This document shows positions 47,415-49,103 of a stretch of DNA of 49,103 bases, piece by piece (position 1 is the stretch's first letter; the number at the start of each line of letters is the position of its first letter). Made by a program: the position numbers and the translations under genes. The stretch comes from Paraphysomonas bandaiensis (lineage: Eukaryota > Protista > Chrysophyceae): the NCBI GenBank assembly GCA_965644295.1, contig CBFFRP010000130.1, forward strand, positions 1 through 49,103, in the 5' to 3' direction. The notes below the pieces were generated by a model. The model was given only the letters and a program-made list of their open reading frames with translations, searched no databases and was not told the DNA's origin.

Positions 47415-48159
47415 ATGGGAAATTGCGGGTTGTGGCACAAAACTTTTGAGGTTAATGCTGATATCGAGGGTCAGGGACCGGAAGTGCTCATTACATTCTC
47501 TAAATTAGGACTACACTTCGAGGAAGTCAGCAAATTTTATCGCCGTTTTTGTCGCATTGACAACAATGGAGATGGTAAAATAAATCTACAAGAGTTTCAC
47601 CACTACTATGGGTTTAAAGAAACTCCATTTTCGAAGATGGTACGTGGCTGTGTGTTGTGTCGATGGCTTTATATACGGCCTTGTGCAGGTGTTTTCTAAG
47701 ATGGATATCAACAATACGGGTTACTTGAACTTTGAAGAGTTTGTGATATGCATATGGGATTTCTTGTCCCAAGACTTGCGCCACTTAGCATTCAATCTAT
47801 TTGACGAAGATCGGTCAATGAAACTACATAAATCTGAAGTGCACCAAATGGCAAAGTATGTCTATGGTGTCGAGCACGGCAAAAATCGCAAATTAGATTC
47901 TACAATTGATACTATGCGAACAGATGCCGATGGTAATGTTTCATTTGAGGAGTTTGTTGAACAAACCAAAAGAAATCAAACTCTACTGTGGCCTGCGTTT
48001 GTACTACAAAACACTCTGTGGAATGACATCCTGGGTGAAGCGTACTGGCGAACCATGATTGATATAAGAAATTCGAAGATGAATGGATTGGATATTCATA
48101 GCATACTTATGCGCCGGGAAGATGAAATTAGTGACAGTGAAATTGTGCTGGATGTGTAG
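47415..48159 (+). CDS. EF-hand Ca2+-binding protein (calcineurin-B/NCS-like), probably N-acylated; intron 47640-47688
   Basis: MGNC start; four EF loops DNNGDGKINLQE, DINNTGYLNFEE, DEDRSMKLHKSE, TDADGNVSFEE; GTACGT..GCAG intron joins the two ORFs in frame. Confidence 0.85.
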
Positions 48160-48370
48160 TGTGAGGTATTTGAAGGCCTGTACAACATCAAAGTTATCTT
48201 AGCGCTAGTAAATCGTTTTGTAGAGATGGAAATATGTAGAGGACGTTGTATATTTAAGTCATTAGTTTCTGTATTTGTACTTTCAGAAAGCGTTATAGTC
48301 TCCAACCTATTAGGATTTAAATAAACTTTATTCCACGGCTTATTTCGTGAACTGAAATAATAATGGACAG

Positions 48371-48525
48371 CAGGGCTAGGAAACAATATATTGCAATACT
48401 ATTGTTAGAGAGCGCTCCATCAATAGTATTGATGGAGATTTTAAACAGGCCCAACAATACAATTACAATATATTGCAATATATTGTACAATGTATTGCAA
48501 TTCAATATATTGTTTCCTAGCCCTG
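48371..48525. mobile_element. hAT-superfamily MITE (155 bp)
   Basis: 23-bp perfect TIR CAGGGCTAGGAAACAATATATTG; 8-bp TSD ATGGACAG at 48363-48370 and 48526-48533. Confidence 0.93.
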
Positions 48526-48695
48526 ATGGACAGTGTACAGCTAGACAGCTAGTATCAAATATCAAAGATATATATGATAACTAGTCTCCATTTCATCTCA
48601 AAATATGAAATGTATACAATTTAATAAGGACGTTCTTTTGTCATGTGGAAGACAGCTGTATGCAATAAATATTCGTCAAACAGACGTATTTATGA

Positions 48696-48820
48696 TATAT
48701 ATATGTATACTATATAGTGTTACTAAGTTGTTACTAAGTGTGAATAGAAGTAAGTGTTACTAATATATATATGTATACTATATAGTGTTACTAGTGTGAA
48801 TAGAAGTAAGTGTTACTAAG
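48696..48820. repeat. Local imperfect tandem duplication (~60-70 bp unit)
   Basis: ATATATATGTATACTATATAGTGTTACTA..GTGTGAATAGAAGTAAGTGTTACTAA occurs twice. Confidence 0.8.
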
Positions 48821-49103
48821 TCGTAGATTTCATTCTCTATATATATCATTGCTGAAAAGAGTGGCAAGTGCTTAACTTGGTCCCAAAGCAACTACAAGTT
48901 GATAGTAAACGACAGTGCTATTAACTATTAACTCGTCCGTCCCGTCAGAGGCTATCAGATAATAATGACTTGCAAACTACACTCTGGGCACTACAAGATA
49001 CTGTGCATATTGGACTGTACATATCCACAGTGCATCACCACCCAACTGTGGGCACCGAATGTGTCAGCCAGGACAAAGGAAGCTTCTCCATGAAAAAGAC
49101 GTA

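Noticed and set aside
46571-48584. Short AT-rich ORFs (46571, 47174, 48096, 48317, 48363)
   Set aside because: Low-complexity composition, overlap with the MITE or UTRs, and no motifs.
1-49103. Prokaryotic-type systems (operons, CRISPR, defence islands) and tRNA/rRNA genes
   Set aside because: The window is eukaryotic, with spliceosomal introns and eukaryotic TEs; none of these was recognised by eye.

Overview
Eukaryotic nuclear DNA, probably a flagellated stramenopile. The basis is short ~45-90 bp spliceosomal introns, an alpha-tubulin tail [13 protein letters not shown] and an IFT-dynein subunit; the taxon is inference. (1) 1-14407: head-to-tail array of at least six intronless alpha-tubulin genes (2491/2492-bp unit, identical proteins) with a stepwise SNP haplotype switch. 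(2) 14408-18460: decayed Mutator/MULE transposase carrying a nested 372-bp retroposon (12-bp TSD), followed by CDS-less relics of the tubulin spacer. (3) Three head-to-head gene pairs: sulfotransferase/EI24, CudA-like factor/ABCB half-transporter (GC-AG intron) and DYNC2LI1/MCPH1-like, plus a later EF-hand gene. (4) Two Ty1/Copia elements, one intact with identical LTRs and one decayed. Both have non-canonical LTRs ending in TA, and in both the last LTR base is the A of an ATG that reads through the tRNA primer-binding site into gag. This is the most distinctive signal in the window. (5) A LINE fragment (RNase H + CCHC) whose structured 3' module recurs five times at three loci, joined to different 5' segments, plus a hAT MITE, a TIR element, a captured 1.2-kb insert and a long inverted repeat. 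All calls were made by eye; no searches were run.
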